A DNA stretch of 64,000 nucleotides from Spirochaetota bacterium (lineage in GTDB: Bacteria; Spirochaetota; UBA4802; UBA5550), in contig OY760686.1 of assembly GCA_963663865.1 (NCBI GenBank), positions 3,040,001 to 3,104,000 of the forward strand. Reading direction: 5' to 3'. The position numbers and the translations under genes are program-made. The notes below the pieces were generated by a model, which was not told where the DNA came from, made no database searches, and worked only from the letters and a program-made list of their open reading frames with translations. Below, one piece after another: positions 50,763 through 62,400 of this stretch. Numbering within the stretch: the first letter of the stretch is position 1; each line of letters starts with the position of its first letter.

Positions 50763-52037
50763 CTATACGATAATATTAAAATCGACCAGATCCGCAATTA
50801 TTGAATGAATATCGCTGAAAAGTCCAGGCAGTTTGTATTCATCATCCATTAAAGCCGCAACCTTCTGGCCGAGGTGCACAAGGACCTTCTCGTCAAGGGG
50901 CAAAGAGCCTCTGCTTATCATCCCGGAAAGCATGCCCGGGAATATCTGTGACAGCTCATGTCCATCGGCTATCACCGACTCTCTGACTCCTCTTGAAGCA
51001 TAAACATCAGAATTGTCATCTCCTTCAGCGAAGGATATAATGTACTGGCCGGGGCGTATTCTCTCGTACTCAGAAGGATCGGACAACGGAGTTCTTATAA
51101 TTACGATGTCTGAATTTGCAAGTATGTTGCCTGAGCTGGTCGCCATTCCCCCGGCGTTTTCAAAGGACAACATCTCCCTGCTGCTCTGGTCAAAGCCAAG
51201 AGTCTTTCCGAATCCCGCTTTTTCAAGGAGCGATGTCAGCTTCACCGCGGGAGTATCAAGCCCCAAAATCCCCACAGTGGCGGTTGACTGTTCAATCCTG
51301 TTTTTCTGCGACATTTTAATGACCATGGCAAGGATGTACACGGGCAGATCGTCCACATCTTTAATGAGTACAGGCTTGTTAAAATCACTCGCAAGCTGTT
51401 TAATTGTAAACAGATCGGTCTCATCAATATGAATCAGGCGTAGAGCGGAAAAATTTCCAGCCACAGCCCTGACTGAACGAACCAGATCTTCCGGATGGGT
51501 GTAGCTGAAGACAAGCGGAAAAGGCCTGAGTCCGGTAAATCGGCTTATAACAGCTGATTCTCTCTCCGCGATTGTATAATATCTGGCGATATCATATTCA
51601 GCTTTCTCTCTGCTGGCTTCGAGAGCGGCTACTACTGCTACATTACGCGAAATTCCGGTTACTGCCGCACCGCCTGTTTTAATTTTTGATAGCAGCAGTT
51701 CCGTTCCTCCGACCAGATTTATCTCATAATCAGATTCATGTTCTATAATGACGCCGGATTGTATTCGGAGAAGTCCTCCTTTAACTACATCTTCAAGAAC
51801 GTTGGTAATCTGAAGAGCAGTACATTCTCCTGTCTTTTCAAGATTATCAAGAAACACGTGAATATCGTCCGCGCCACTGTGAAGAAGCTCCATTTTGTAA
51901 ATGAAAGCTTCGGAGTCCTCCATGACACATACAAGGTTTTTCAGACGTATATCCTTCTCCTGCATTTTCTGAATAAAACGCAGCATCGAATTGGGGTTTC
52001 TCTTTATACTTACTTTCACATTGCTTATAAACTTCAT
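50763..52037 (-). CDS. Degenerate ACT-domain malic-enzyme homologue
   Basis: Colinear with ACT-malic enzymes (GGLLRI, RNVAVV, FTGLRPFPL, VRAVAGNF, IFPGMLSG) but the catalytic motifs are substituted. Confidence 0.6.
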   Translation of the reverse strand: MKFISNVKVSIKRNPNSMLRFIQKMQEKDIRLKNLVCVMEDSEAFIYKMELLHSGADDIHVFLDNLEKTGECTALQITNVLEDVVKGGLLRIQSGVIIEHESDYEINLVGGTELLLSKIKTGGAAVTGISRNVAVVAALEASREKAEYDIARYYTIAERESAVISRFTGLRPFPLVFSYTHPEDLVRSVRAVAGNFSALRLIHIDETDLFTIKQLASDFNKPVLIKDVDDLPVYILAMVIKMSQKNRIEQSTATVGILGLDTPAVKLTSLLEKAGFGKTLGFDQSSREMLSFENAGGMATSSGNILANSDIVIIRTPLSDPSEYERIRPGQYIISFAEGDDNSDVYASRGVRESVIADGHELSQIFPGMLSGMISRGSLPLDEKVLVHLGQKVAALMDDEYKLPGLFSDIHSIIADLVDFNIIV

Positions 52038-52618
52038 AACGAACCGCCAATTAACCTTGAATAGCGGGCACCGGTATTTTCCGCTTTACTCAATAATTCT
52101 AAAGGAACTTCGTTCAAACTGTCGGTATCAGGCAGAAGAATAAAATCTTCCAAACTGTATTCCGCATTGACGGTGTTAAAAAAATGCCTGACGGTCCGAA
52201 CCGTTCCATCGAAAGCTCCACCATAAGATGAACCCGCTGTCGAGAACAAAATTCCTTTCTTTTTGGAGATAGCATTTCCATCACGCCTGGCCAGGTGCCA
52301 CAACGGCTGTGTGCGGTCAATAATTGCTTTAAGGTGAGATGGGAGCCCTGAAAAATACACCGGGCTCGACAATGATATTAACTTTGACGATTTGAGTAAT
52401 GGATAAAGCTCATCCATCACGTCACTGTTTGTGCAGCCGAATTCTGTTTCACAAAAACGGCAGTCGGAACACGGCTCCGCCCGGTTGATGTATGGATAAA
52501 CTCTCGCGATAGAAATGCCGCATGATTCAAGCTTGTCCAAAAAACGGCTGTGTATTTCGGACGAAAAGCTTTCTTTAACGGGACTCCCAAACAGAGCTAA
52601 GACTTCTGGATTGGTCAT
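52034..52618 (-). CDS. Flavodoxin-like NAD(P)H-dependent FMN reductase / iron-sulfur flavoprotein family
   Basis: GSP, PCSDCRFC....C, SPVYFSGLPSHLKAIIDR. Confidence 0.88.
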   Translation of the reverse strand: MTNPEVLALFGSPVKESFSSEIHSRFLDKLESCGISIARVYPYINRAEPCSDCRFCETEFGCTNSDVMDELYPLLKSSKLISLSSPVYFSGLPSHLKAIIDRTQPLWHLARRDGNAISKKKGILFSTAGSSYGGAFDGTVRTVRHFFNTVNAEYSLEDFILLPDTDSLNEVPLELLSKAENTGARYSRLIGGSL

Positions 52619-52632
52619 TCAAGCTGAACCCG

Positions 52633-53658
52633 CTATTTAAGCCTCGTGAAAATCATCCTGCCTGCTGTGGTCTGCAGCACTGATGTCACGACAACATCGA
52701 CATCTTCATTAAGACGCCTTCTACCGTTTTCTACTACGACCATTGTCCCGTCATCAAGATAGCCGATAGCCTGATTCTGGTCCTTGCCCTCTTTTATCAG
52801 AGACACCTTCATATCTTCGCCCGGCAGTACTACCGGCTTGAGGGAGTTGGAAAGCTGATTGATATTGAGCACTTCGACTCCATGAAATTCGGCGACCTTG
52901 TTCAGGTTGAAATCGTTTGTGATAACTTTTGCGTTCATCATCTTTCCGAGGCGTACCAGCTTTGCGTCAACCTCCTGGACCTCCGGAAAATCAATGTCGG
53001 AAATTTTCACCATTATAGATTGGTCTTTCTGCATTTTATTAAGTATGTCCAAACCCCGCCTGCCCCTGTTGCGGCGTATTGAATCGGCTGAATCGGCTAT
53101 CATCTGGAGTTCATGAAGCACAAAGTTAGGTATCACAAGTATCCCTTCCAGAAATCCCGTGTCGCAGATGTCGGCAATCCTTCCATCAATGATTACACTC
53201 GTATCAAGTATCTTATAGGAAAGCTGCCCGCTCTTTTCATCCACACGAACACCCGCGATACGGTCAAGGAAAACCAGCTCTTCTGAATTTATGAGAAAAA
53301 ATAGCAGAAAAAAAGTAACGGCTGTCACGTATATTGAAAACACTGCAAGAGAAGAATACTCCGAGGCAAGCTGAGTAAATAAAGGAACAACTGCGAGATT
53401 TGAAAGATATCCGGCTGCCAGTCCGGCTACAAGGCCGATAACGCCGGCGAGGGTTTTTCGCGCGGGGAAAGCGTGAGATATGTACTCAAAAAGTACAAGC
53501 AGCGAAAGCGATATAACCGACGCAGCCGCCGCTGCGACCACAGCTTTAATGGAACTATCTGAAAAGAACAGAGCGAATGCCGCCCCCATGCTCAGAATAA
53601 ACAGAATCCTCAGAATAATAATCATAAGTTGAATCTCCAGGATTATTTTTGAGCTCAC
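52633..53658 (-). CDS. PIN/TRAM domain membrane protein (YacL-like)
   Basis: Four TMs, [47 protein letters not shown]. Confidence 0.93.
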   Translation of the reverse strand: MSSKIILEIQLMIIILRILFILSMGAAFALFFSDSSIKAVVAAAAASVISLSLLVLFEYISHAFPARKTLAGVIGLVAGLAAGYLSNLAVVPLFTQLASEYSSLAVFSIYVTAVTFFLLFFLINSEELVFLDRIAGVRVDEKSGQLSYKILDTSVIIDGRIADICDTGFLEGILVIPNFVLHELQMIADSADSIRRNRGRRGLDILNKMQKDQSIMVKISDIDFPEVQEVDAKLVRLGKMMNAKVITNDFNLNKVAEFHGVEVLNINQLSNSLKPVVLPGEDMKVSLIKEGKDQNQAIGYLDDGTMVVVENGRRRLNEDVDVVVTSVLQTTAGRMIFTRLK

Positions 53659-53731
53659 ATAATTCCAGACAAGGCCGCTCGCTTCTGCCTGGGAACAGAC
53701 GATGCCCCGTCCTTCGTTCAGTACGCGGGTC

Positions 53732-54259
53732 TTATTCTGCTGTCTCTAATGTTGCGGAAAGGATTTCTGAAACGTAATTGCCGGCTTCTTCTATGTCAAT
53801 GTCTTTTACAAGCGCCACCTCATGTACAATAAGCTGGTAGGCATTTTCGTAAAGCTTCCTCTCCATTATCGAGAGCTCCTTTACACAACCTCTTCTAAAG
53901 AGATCCCTTGCAACCTCAGCCACGACAAATATCGATCCGCTTTTTACTTTATCTATGTTATTCTGATAACGAAGCTTCCAGTCATCTTCCTGAACAACGT
54001 TCTCCAGCTGCAGAATCTCGGTCACTTTCTTGAGATCACGTTTTGAGATGATGCCCCTTACTCCAATTTCATCAGCCTTTGTTACCGGGATCATGACCTT
54101 CATTCCGCTGTTGTTTATGGTAACTACGTAATATTCAGTTCTTTTACCAAGAATAACTTTTTTCTCTATAGCTGATATTAATCCAACTCCATGCATTGGA
54201 TAGACGATCTTGTCGCCAACATTGTACATTTTTTTCTCCGTTTTCTTTGTTGTTGCCAT
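53732..54259 (-). CDS. carD: CarD family RNA polymerase-binding regulator
   Basis: [21 protein letters not shown]; classic carD-PIN/TRAM synteny. Confidence 0.92.
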   Translation of the reverse strand: MATTKKTEKKMYNVGDKIVYPMHGVGLISAIEKKVILGKRTEYYVVTINNSGMKVMIPVTKADEIGVRGIISKRDLKKVTEILQLENVVQEDDWKLRYQNNIDKVKSGSIFVVAEVARDLFRRGCVKELSIMERKLYENAYQLIVHEVALVKDIDIEEAGNYVSEILSATLETAE

Positions 54260-54396
54260 GCAAATCACCGCTATTATGTAATATTATCCGTACAGGCACA
54301 TGAACACAAAATTACTAATGCTTTAGTGCATCACAGTTTTTTCAATTTTTCAAGAATAATATAAGACGTATTTAAAAACCTTGTATATAAAAGATA

Positions 54397-56778
54397 TTAG
54401 TCTGATTTAAGCCCCTCTTTTTCCAGATACCTATCCAGAACAGATTTCATTTTGAAGTGCTTGCCGTCACAGACTCCCCGGAAATATCCGCTGCTCGGCA
54501 GTGCGAGGTCGCAGTTCAGCTCCTTGCAGTCAGGTCCCGGGATTTTGCCAGTGTATTTACAGACACAGCTTGATGAAACACCTGAAGGCTTCGGGGAAAA
54601 AACAGGGTCTTTCATTGAGTTGTACACTTCTTTCATATAATCGGCCCATATCGGCGCCGCAACTCCTGCACCGGCCTGATGTCTGCCCAGCGACATAAAC
54701 TGACGGTCATATCCAACCCAGACAACAGCTGCGACATCCGGGGTGAATCCGCAAAACCAGGCGTCTGTCCAGTTAGAAGTGGTCCCAGTCTTTCCAGCGG
54801 CGGGTTTAGTGAATCCGGACTTAATCCTGATCGACTCGGCAGCGGTGCCCCTGTCAACGACATCGCGCATCATCGACGTCATAATGAAGGCTACCTCCGG
54901 GGAAATAACCTGAATTGTGCCTTCGGCTTCCTTAACGGCTATGATACGCCCGACTTCTTCTTCGATGTTGGCAAGCTCATTTCCGTCCCGGTCAGTAACA
55001 TACCTGACCGCGAAAGGAATAACATCACGCCCCCTGTTGGCATATACTGCGTAACCACCGGCCATCTCAAGGGGTGTAACCTCAGTGGTTCCGAGGGCAA
55101 GAGCAGGCCCCGGGCTGAAGCGCTCCGGTGGAACCTTGAGCATTTTTGCGGCAAAGTCAATTATTATGTCCGCTCCAATTATGTCGAATATTCGGACGGA
55201 TATTATATTGATTGAAGACGCGAGGGCTCTTCTGAGAGACACCATGCCGGAGAACTCGCCTTCATAGTTTCCGGGAGCCCATGTGTCGCCCTGTGAATCA
55301 ATATCGACTATCGGAGCATCCGGCAAAGTAGTAGCAACGTTTATTCTCTTTGATTCTATTCCCGCCCCGTAGACAAAGGGCTTAAATGATGAGCCGGGCT
55401 GACGTCTCGCCTGGACTGCCCGGTTAAACTGATTTGAAACGCTGTATTCTGAACCGCCAATCATGGTGGTAATATATCCTGTGGAAGGTTCAACGGCAAC
55501 CATGGCTCCCTCAACGTTCAGAGAAGTCGATATTCCCGAAACAGCAGACCTGAAGCTCTCAATTGATTCGGATGCGCCTGAATTATCCGTCAGCAGGGCC
55601 AATATATCTATGGAATCAAGGTAGCTGTCCACCATCTGCTTTTTGAAAACTGTTTCAATGTCGTTTCTGACGATGATGCCGGGCAGACTGAAAATCATTC
55701 TGAGATAGCTGTATGCAGAGAAGAGTCCCCGATTCAGCCCGCTATTATACATAGCATTCGCCTTTGAAGAAACCTCATTTTGCTTTTTTACACCCTCGGT
55801 GAAAACCTTTTCGGCTATCTGCTGCCGTTTCAGATCAAGCGTTGTGTATACACTCAGTCCTTCATTATAGACGGTGTCATGACCAAACTGTGATATCAGT
55901 ATCTGACGGACATAGTCAGTAAAGAATGGAGCCTTATCAGTTACCTGTGAGGCTGCTGTTCTGGTCGGATACTGGGTTTTCAGCGAATCAAGAAACGCGG
56001 GCCAGAACTCCTCGAAGACCTTTTCCCTCTGTTTTTCGGTGATAAATCCTGCATCAACCATTCTCGCCAGGGTGTCCTGGTTCTTATAAAATGCTTCGCG
56101 TGGATATCTGAGAGGAGAATAGCCATTGGGCTTAGAGGGCAAAGACGCCAGTATGGAACTTTCAGCAACGGTAAGATGCCTTACGTCCTTTTCGAAGAAG
56201 AACTCCGCGGCCGACGCGATACCGTGACATCCATGTCCGAGATATATCTGGTTGAAGTACATCTCAAGGATTTGTTCCTTGGAGAACCTCTTTTCTATCT
56301 GCAAAGCGAGAACAAATTCAAGTATCTTGCGGCCGATTGTCCTTTCACCGGTAGTGAAAAGCCGCTTCGCGAGCTGCTGCGTAATAGTTGATCCGCCCTG
56401 AACTACCGTTATTCTTCCAGACTTGACGCTTGCGACAAGGTTCTTCCCCATCGCTCGGATTATTGAGAGCGGCGATATACCGAAATGATTGAAGAAATCC
56501 CTGTCTTCTGCCGCGAGAAAAGCATTTATAAGGCATTGAGGCAGGGCATCATAGGGAACAAGGTCGCGTTTTTCCTGAAAGAGTTCAGCTATTAACTCTC
56601 CGTGAACATCGTAAATTCGGGTGGGAACACTCGGCTGAAATTGTTTTAGATTGTCAATGCCGGCAAAGTTTTTTACCTGTGCGTTAATATAGCCGGAGAC
56701 AACACCGCCGGCTATTGACAGAATGATAATGGCTGCGATCATTCCTTTTTCAAGGGTGAAGTTCTTAAGTTTATTCAT
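54397..56778 (-). CDS. Class A penicillin-binding protein (PBP1A family)
   Basis: AAEDRDF, QGGSTITQQLAK, RQPGSSFKP (SxxK), SIN, GKTGT. Confidence 0.95.
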   Translation of the reverse strand: MNKLKNFTLEKGMIAAIIILSIAGGVVSGYINAQVKNFAGIDNLKQFQPSVPTRIYDVHGELIAELFQEKRDLVPYDALPQCLINAFLAAEDRDFFNHFGISPLSIIRAMGKNLVASVKSGRITVVQGGSTITQQLAKRLFTTGERTIGRKILEFVLALQIEKRFSKEQILEMYFNQIYLGHGCHGIASAAEFFFEKDVRHLTVAESSILASLPSKPNGYSPLRYPREAFYKNQDTLARMVDAGFITEKQREKVFEEFWPAFLDSLKTQYPTRTAASQVTDKAPFFTDYVRQILISQFGHDTVYNEGLSVYTTLDLKRQQIAEKVFTEGVKKQNEVSSKANAMYNSGLNRGLFSAYSYLRMIFSLPGIIVRNDIETVFKKQMVDSYLDSIDILALLTDNSGASESIESFRSAVSGISTSLNVEGAMVAVEPSTGYITTMIGGSEYSVSNQFNRAVQARRQPGSSFKPFVYGAGIESKRINVATTLPDAPIVDIDSQGDTWAPGNYEGEFSGMVSLRRALASSINIISVRIFDIIGADIIIDFAAKMLKVPPERFSPGPALALGTTEVTPLEMAGGYAVYANRGRDVIPFAVRYVTDRDGNELANIEEEVGRIIAVKEAEGTIQVISPEVAFIMTSMMRDVVDRGTAAESIRIKSGFTKPAAGKTGTTSNWTDAWFCGFTPDVAAVVWVGYDRQFMSLGRHQAGAGVAAPIWADYMKEVYNSMKDPVFSPKPSGVSSSCVCKYTGKIPGPDCKELNCDLALPSSGYFRGVCDGKHFKMKSVLDRYLEKEGLKSD

Positions 56779-56903
56779 GCAGGCTTCTCTTACGCAGGGA
56801 AATATTCATGTTCAATGATGACAGAATAAAAAATGCCGTTATTAATCAACTATATTTTTCCGTTATTTCCCTCCCAGCAGCAGAGAATGGCGCTACCCTG
56901 GAA

Positions 56904-58061
56904 TTATTCTGACGGCCGGCCGGTTATTTCAACCGCAACTGTCTTTTCCGAGCCGTTTCTCCACAGAACAAGCCTGATCATGCTGCCTATTTTCGTCTCG
57001 CCGATAACGCGTAGAAGATCCTTGTAGTTCTCAATCCTTTCGCCGCTTACTTCAAGTATCACATCGCCAACACGTATGCCGGCCTTATCCGCGGGACTCC
57101 CGGAAATCACCTCGCTAATAAAAGTACCCCTGACACTCTTCAGTCCAAGCTCTGCGGCTGTGCGCTCATTCAGCTCCATAATCCCCACTCCGAGGTATCC
57201 TCTCTTTACTTCCCTGTGGGTCTTAAGCTGGGCAAGAATTGAGCGGGCCGTGTTTACGGGAATGGCGAACCCTATCCCCATGTAACCTCCACTCTTTGAG
57301 TAAATCATCCTGTTAATACCGATCACTTCGCCATAGATGTTAATCAAGGGACCGCCTGAATTACCGGGATTTATGGACGCGTCTGTCTGGAGATGTGATG
57401 TCCCAAGCAGATCAACATCGCTGCGGCCCACCGCGCTTATAACGCCAACGGTGAAAGTCCGGTCCAGTCCGAAGGGATTTCCTATTGCTATAGCCCAATC
57501 CCCCACATTAACCGTATCTGAGTCGCCAAAATAGACCGGTTTAAAGCTTTCATTCGAGGTAATCTTCAGCAAAGCAAGATCTGTACGCTTGTCGCCGCCT
57601 ATGATTTTCGCCTCGTGATTTTTCTCATTGACCTTAACGAAAACCCTGTCAACTCCGTCTATAACGTGGTAGTTGGTACAGATATATCCATCCCTGGATA
57701 TGACAAAGCCGGTGCCAAGACCGGTTTTTTTCTGAACGCGGGATGGAGCGGAAAAATTCCCGAACCATGGATCGTTAAAAAACGGATGAGGCCTCACCCT
57801 TACAGTCTGCTCAGTCGTAATAAAGACAACACTTTCCCGGTACATCTCGAAAATCTGCCTGAATGCTGTCTGAAGTTCCACCGCCTGAGATGTCTTCAGC
57901 TGTGACTTCATCGGAGATTCATCGGAGTTACCAAAGACACTCACTCCTCCGGAATCGTTTTTCTGGCAGGAGAACTGATTGAAAAACAGAAATCCAATAA
58001 CAACTCCGGTAATCACTGGAAATATAAACCTGTATCTGTACCTGGAAAATGACATTATCAA
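56904..58061 (-). CDS. HtrA/DegP-family serine protease with one PDZ domain
   Basis: GTGFVI, TNYHV, DLALLK, TDASINPGNSGG, RGYLGV. Confidence 0.94.
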   Translation of the reverse strand: MIMSFSRYRYRFIFPVITGVVIGFLFFNQFSCQKNDSGGVSVFGNSDESPMKSQLKTSQAVELQTAFRQIFEMYRESVVFITTEQTVRVRPHPFFNDPWFGNFSAPSRVQKKTGLGTGFVISRDGYICTNYHVIDGVDRVFVKVNEKNHEAKIIGGDKRTDLALLKITSNESFKPVYFGDSDTVNVGDWAIAIGNPFGLDRTFTVGVISAVGRSDVDLLGTSHLQTDASINPGNSGGPLINIYGEVIGINRMIYSKSGGYMGIGFAIPVNTARSILAQLKTHREVKRGYLGVGIMELNERTAAELGLKSVRGTFISEVISGSPADKAGIRVGDVILEVSGERIENYKDLLRVIGETKIGSMIRLVLWRNGSEKTVAVEITGRPSE

Positions 58062-58082
58062 CTCCGAAAAATAAGTTAAAAA

Positions 58083-58298
58083 TTATTCCTGAAAAACACT
58101 CTTCCTGTAACGCTTCTTTTCTCTGTCTTCTCCGCCGATTTTGTCCCTGAACTGCCTTCTGTCGTTGATAGAACCGTCTATCTCCACAAGGTCAATGTCA
58201 ATTGACGCCGGCTCCCTCTTTTCTCCACAGGACGCTACAGGCAGAATCGCAAGAGCAATCATTATTGAGACCATTGATTGAAGATGTTGCCTCTTCAT
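58083..58298 (-). CDS. Small putative lipoprotein
   Basis: 71 aa, lipobox VAS-C, 2 nt downstream of trxA. Confidence 0.55.
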   Translation of the reverse strand: MKRQHLQSMVSIMIALAILPVASCGEKREPASIDIDLVEIDGSINDRRQFRDKIGGEDREKKRYRKSVFQE

Positions 58299-58300
58299 GA

Positions 58301-58615
58301 TTACTGAAGCTTCTTTTTAAGAACTTCCTCAGGCTGAACACCAACCATTCGCTCAATCTCCTTTCCGTCTTTAAAAATAATCAATGTCGGAATGGAAGAT
58401 ATTCCCAGTTTCTGGGCGAGAGATGGAGATTCATCTGTATTGAGCTTGGCAATCTTTGCTGAAACAGCGCCGTCAGAAGCGAGTTTTTCAAGGATTGGAG
58501 TCTGCATTCGGCACGGGCCGCACCAGGGAGCCCAGAAATCGACCAATACAGTCCCGGAGTGCTTAAGCACCTCAGCTTCGTAGTTATTTTCGTTTATCTC
58601 TAGTAAAGCCATCAC
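58301..58615 (-). CDS. trxA: Thioredoxin
   Basis: DFWAPWCGPC, SIPTL. Confidence 0.96.
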   Translation of the reverse strand: MMALLEINENNYEAEVLKHSGTVLVDFWAPWCGPCRMQTPILEKLASDGAVSAKIAKLNTDESPSLAQKLGISSIPTLIIFKDGKEIERMVGVQPEEVLKKKLQ

Positions 58616-58823
58616 ATCACCTCAGAATAATATTCCTGCCGGAAACAGTTCCCACAGTTTGCCAATCTTCACTCCTTCCGCCGGTATATTTCAACAATTT
58701 TTTCCTATAAATGTTCTTAAAAAGCTGCATCTATCCTGCGATATCATATATAACACCCGGGTAAAAACAGCAACCCGGCAAAACGAAACGTCATTTTATC
58801 GCTTCTTTACTCCTTTATGAATT

Positions 58824-58850
58824 TTAAGAATATGGACTTAATGCCGATAA
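58824..58850 (+). promoter_or_regulatory. Putative sigma-28 promoter
   Basis: TTAA-N15-GCCGATAA upstream of 58879. Confidence 0.45.
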
Positions 58851-58878
58851 TAGTAACAGTTTAATCCGAGGTAACTAA

Positions 58879-59475
58879 ATGAAACTGGTCAACTCAGTAT
58901 TTTTAATCTGCATAATATCAGCCGCAGCGTACGGACAGGCAACCGGCCCCCGCACACCTGCTGCTATCCCCGATGGTTACGGGAGCATAAAATGGGGCAC
59001 CCCGCTCAGCAAGGCAAGGGAGGCTATTTCCGGGAAGCTGTACTACACGGACGACAAAACAGTAATCGTTTCAAAGGACGACGCGCTTGAGTACTATTAC
59101 GGCTTTTTCTATACCGACCCGGCAAATACAGAAAAAGCTGTAGAAACAGCTGATGCCGGACAGGAGGCTGTCGATGAAGGCACGCTATACTACGTTGCCC
59201 TCAAGTTCCCGTATCTTCGCCTTAATCAGGTCAGAGAAAAAATTGAGTCCAAATACGGCAAATCATCGCTCGAAAACATCAAAAAAAACCGGGGTGCTGC
59301 AGCCTGGATGTCAGACAGTACTATTATTATCATGTGGGCAGATGAATACGAGGGAGAGCCTTTCTGCAGGCGGATCACCTATCTCTCGAGAGAAACAGCT
59401 AAAAAAGTCAACACCAACCAGGAGCGGGTATTCAACAAAACAGAAATAGATATTCTGAAAAAGCTGAATCCCTGA
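58879..59475 (+). CDS. Exported hypothetical protein
   Basis: GAGG RBS, signal peptide (AAAYG-Q), GYGSIKWGT motif. Confidence 0.7.
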   Translation: MKLVNSVFLICIISAAAYGQATGPRTPAAIPDGYGSIKWGTPLSKAREAISGKLYYTDDKTVIVSKDDALEYYYGFFYTDPANTEKAVETADAGQEAVDEGTLYYVALKFPYLRLNQVREKIESKYGKSSLENIKKNRGAAAWMSDSTIIIMWADEYEGEPFCRRITYLSRETAKKVNTNQERVFNKTEIDILKKLNP

Positions 59476-59491
59476 CCCCCCCTTCACTTTT

Positions 59492-62400
59492 TTATAGATG
59501 TGTGATAAAAACCGGAATTAGTCCAATGCCCTCATCAATCCTGTCGAGGGCTTTTCCAATCACAGTGCCTATTTTATCAAACGAGTCAATCTTTCCCCTG
59601 ATGCCGCAGCCGGGAGTATCAGACGTCACAATGAGATCTCCTGGATTTACTGGTCCCTTCCTCGCGTCCACCTTGCACATGACCCTCCCCGCAAGAGCCA
59701 CAGGATATGCCTTCTGCTCATCACCGGAGTTGTTGATTACAAGCATGGGATTTCCGGCTACAATACCGACAACAGACTGTGAGTAGGGCGCCGAAGAGCG
59801 CTTTAACGCCGATTTCCCTGAATCCGAAACGACAAGCAGGTCGCCCGGTGATATATACTCAGTTTCTTCAACAACGAACATCTCTACTATGCTTGCCGGA
59901 TATTGCCCCTTTCCGTCTCCTGTTATTTTTACCTGCCCATCGAAGACAGATCTTCCATTAACAAGAAGGGCATCGCCGTTACCCGCAAGATTAACGCTTT
60001 TATCGTAGTCGGAAAGCCTTCCGAAGCCGTCGGCAACCAGGGAAAAACCGTGCTCACTGGAAAAAACTCCGCCCGCACCGAACCTTGACAGACCGAGAAC
60101 GCCGCAGCCGGAAACACCGTTTTCTCCACCAGCAGACTGCCCCCTTACACCAACAAAACCTCCGTGCCCCACTACACCGTAGCTCTGAACAGTTTTCGTG
60201 CTGAGAATGCCTGCCACACCGGCTACCCCGATAGAACCTGCTTCTTTAGAGGCATTTTGCCCATATATTACGGCTGAGCCGTCAGACGGCGGCGTAATAT
60301 CCGGAAATGCTTCATTCCTTTCCTGCTTGATGCTGATTGTTCCCGAATGGCTTTTAAACTCATGAAGCAGGGGAGCATAGTCATGGGTATGTTCGAGTGG
60401 TTCCCTCCGGTCATAAAGCCTGGGGTCATTCCCCTGGACGGCGGTTCCCTCCTTGTTTTCACCCTGCTGTGCAAGCCTTACAATTCCGGGCGTTTTTTCC
60501 GTCGCGGGTTTCAGTCTTCTGTCGCTACCCTGAACAGCAACTCCTTTCTTCTCCTCGCCATCCTCGCCGAGTTCAACTATCCCCCTTGAAATAGTAGTAG
60601 CCTCTTTCAGACGGCGGTCATTTCCCTGTACGACAACACCGGCCGCGTCCTCTCCGTCCTCTGCAAGCTCAACTATTCCCGGCGACAGAGTTGAGGCTTT
60701 ACGAAGCCTTTTGTCGCTTCCCTGAACAGCTGCAAATGGTGAAGAATCCCCATCAGAAGCGAATCTCATTATACCGGCAGAATCTTCTGTTGCGTCCTTA
60801 AGTCTTTTATCATTGCCCTGGACAACCACTCCCGGTCTGTCCTCTCCATCCTCTGCCAGTTCCACAATCCCTCTGGAACCAGTCGTAGCATCCCTCAATC
60901 GGCGGTCATTGCCCTGTACAACAACACCGGCCGCGTCCTCTCCGTCCTCGGCAAGCTCGACTATTCCGGGAGATAATGTGGTTGAGGGCCTGAGTCTTTT
61001 GTCGCTTGCCTGAACTGCTGTTAAGGGCTTTTCGGTCCCGTCAGGGGCAAACTGCATAATTCCCTTAAAGGTCTCTGACGCGTCCTTTAATCGACGATCG
61101 TTTCCCTGAACAACAACGCCGGCCGCGTCTTCACCGTCCTCAGCAAGCTCGACTATTCCCCTGGAACCCGTAGTAGCGTCCTTCAATCGGCGGTCATTGC
61201 CCTGTACAACAACGCCGGCCGCGTCCTCTCCGTCCTCAGCAAGCTCGACTATTCCCCTGGAACCCGTCGTGGCGTCTTTCAATCGGCGGTCATTGCCCTG
61301 TACAACAACGCCGGCCGCGTCCTCTCCGTCCTCAGCAAGCTCGACAATTCCCCTGGAACCCGTCGTGGCGTCTTTCAATCGGCGGTCATTGCCCTGTATA
61401 GCTACACCTTCAGAGCTTTCTCCATCTTCAGCGAGCTCAACAATTCCCTTGAAAGCTGTTGACGCATCGCGAAGTCTCCTGTCATCGGCCTGTACAACAC
61501 ATCCTATTGTGTTTTCACCGTTTTTCGCGAGTTTTACAATACCGAAGCTGCTGTCCGTTGCCTTTTGAATCCTGCTGTCATTTCCGGTGATGACAGCGCT
61601 CCCGGTATACAGGCCGTCCGGGCAGAGCTTTACGATTCCAAAAGTCGAATCGGTCGCTTCAGAAAGCCTTGAATCAGAGCCCTGTACAGCGGTTCCGGGC
61701 TGGGTCTCTCTGTCATAGGCAAGCCTTACAATGCCATTCTTTTCCTCAGTTGCGGGCTTGAGCCTTGAATCCGAACCCTGTACGGCTATACCGGCTGAGT
61801 TATCTCCGTCCTCTGCGAGCTGTACTATTCCCTTAAATATCGTTGTAGCATCACAAAGCCTTCTGTCGCTTCCCTGCACTGCCGTTCCCGGCGAATCTCC
61901 CCCATCGGCCGCCAGCTTAACGATGCCGGCCTGAAAGGTTGAAGCATATTGCGGCATTCCTGAAGCGTTGTGAGCGTGCGAATAGTCAAACAAAGCAGCG
62001 AATATTTCTAAGGACGCCAGTTCAATCGAGAAACCACCAGCGGTATCCTTAGCTCCTCTTCCCTCAAACCTTATGTATCGGACAGGGCATATTTCCATAT
62101 TCCAGGAATATCTCTTCATCGGCTCCGCTTTGAATGATTTTTCCTCAAAAAGCGGAAGGAACAATTCCCCGTCTGTGCTGATATCGACGTTGAATTTTTC
62201 TGGGAAAAGCCCCGAAGAAGCCCCAATAATTATTCTGTTAACGTGATACACCGCGCCAAGATCAATGAGCAGTGTTTCCAGGCCGCTTTTACCTCTTGAG
62301 GGCGACCGCCAGACAAGGTCATGCGCTCCCCTGAACAGATTTTCAGCAGAAGTTTCGGCCGAGGCCGAATCAGCGGTCACTGCCGCAACCCCCGATATCC

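Noticed and set aside
60413-61948. CRISPR array or DGR-type repeats
   Set aside because: These are in-frame 96-bp coding repeats without unique spacers; no cas or reverse transcriptase genes are present.
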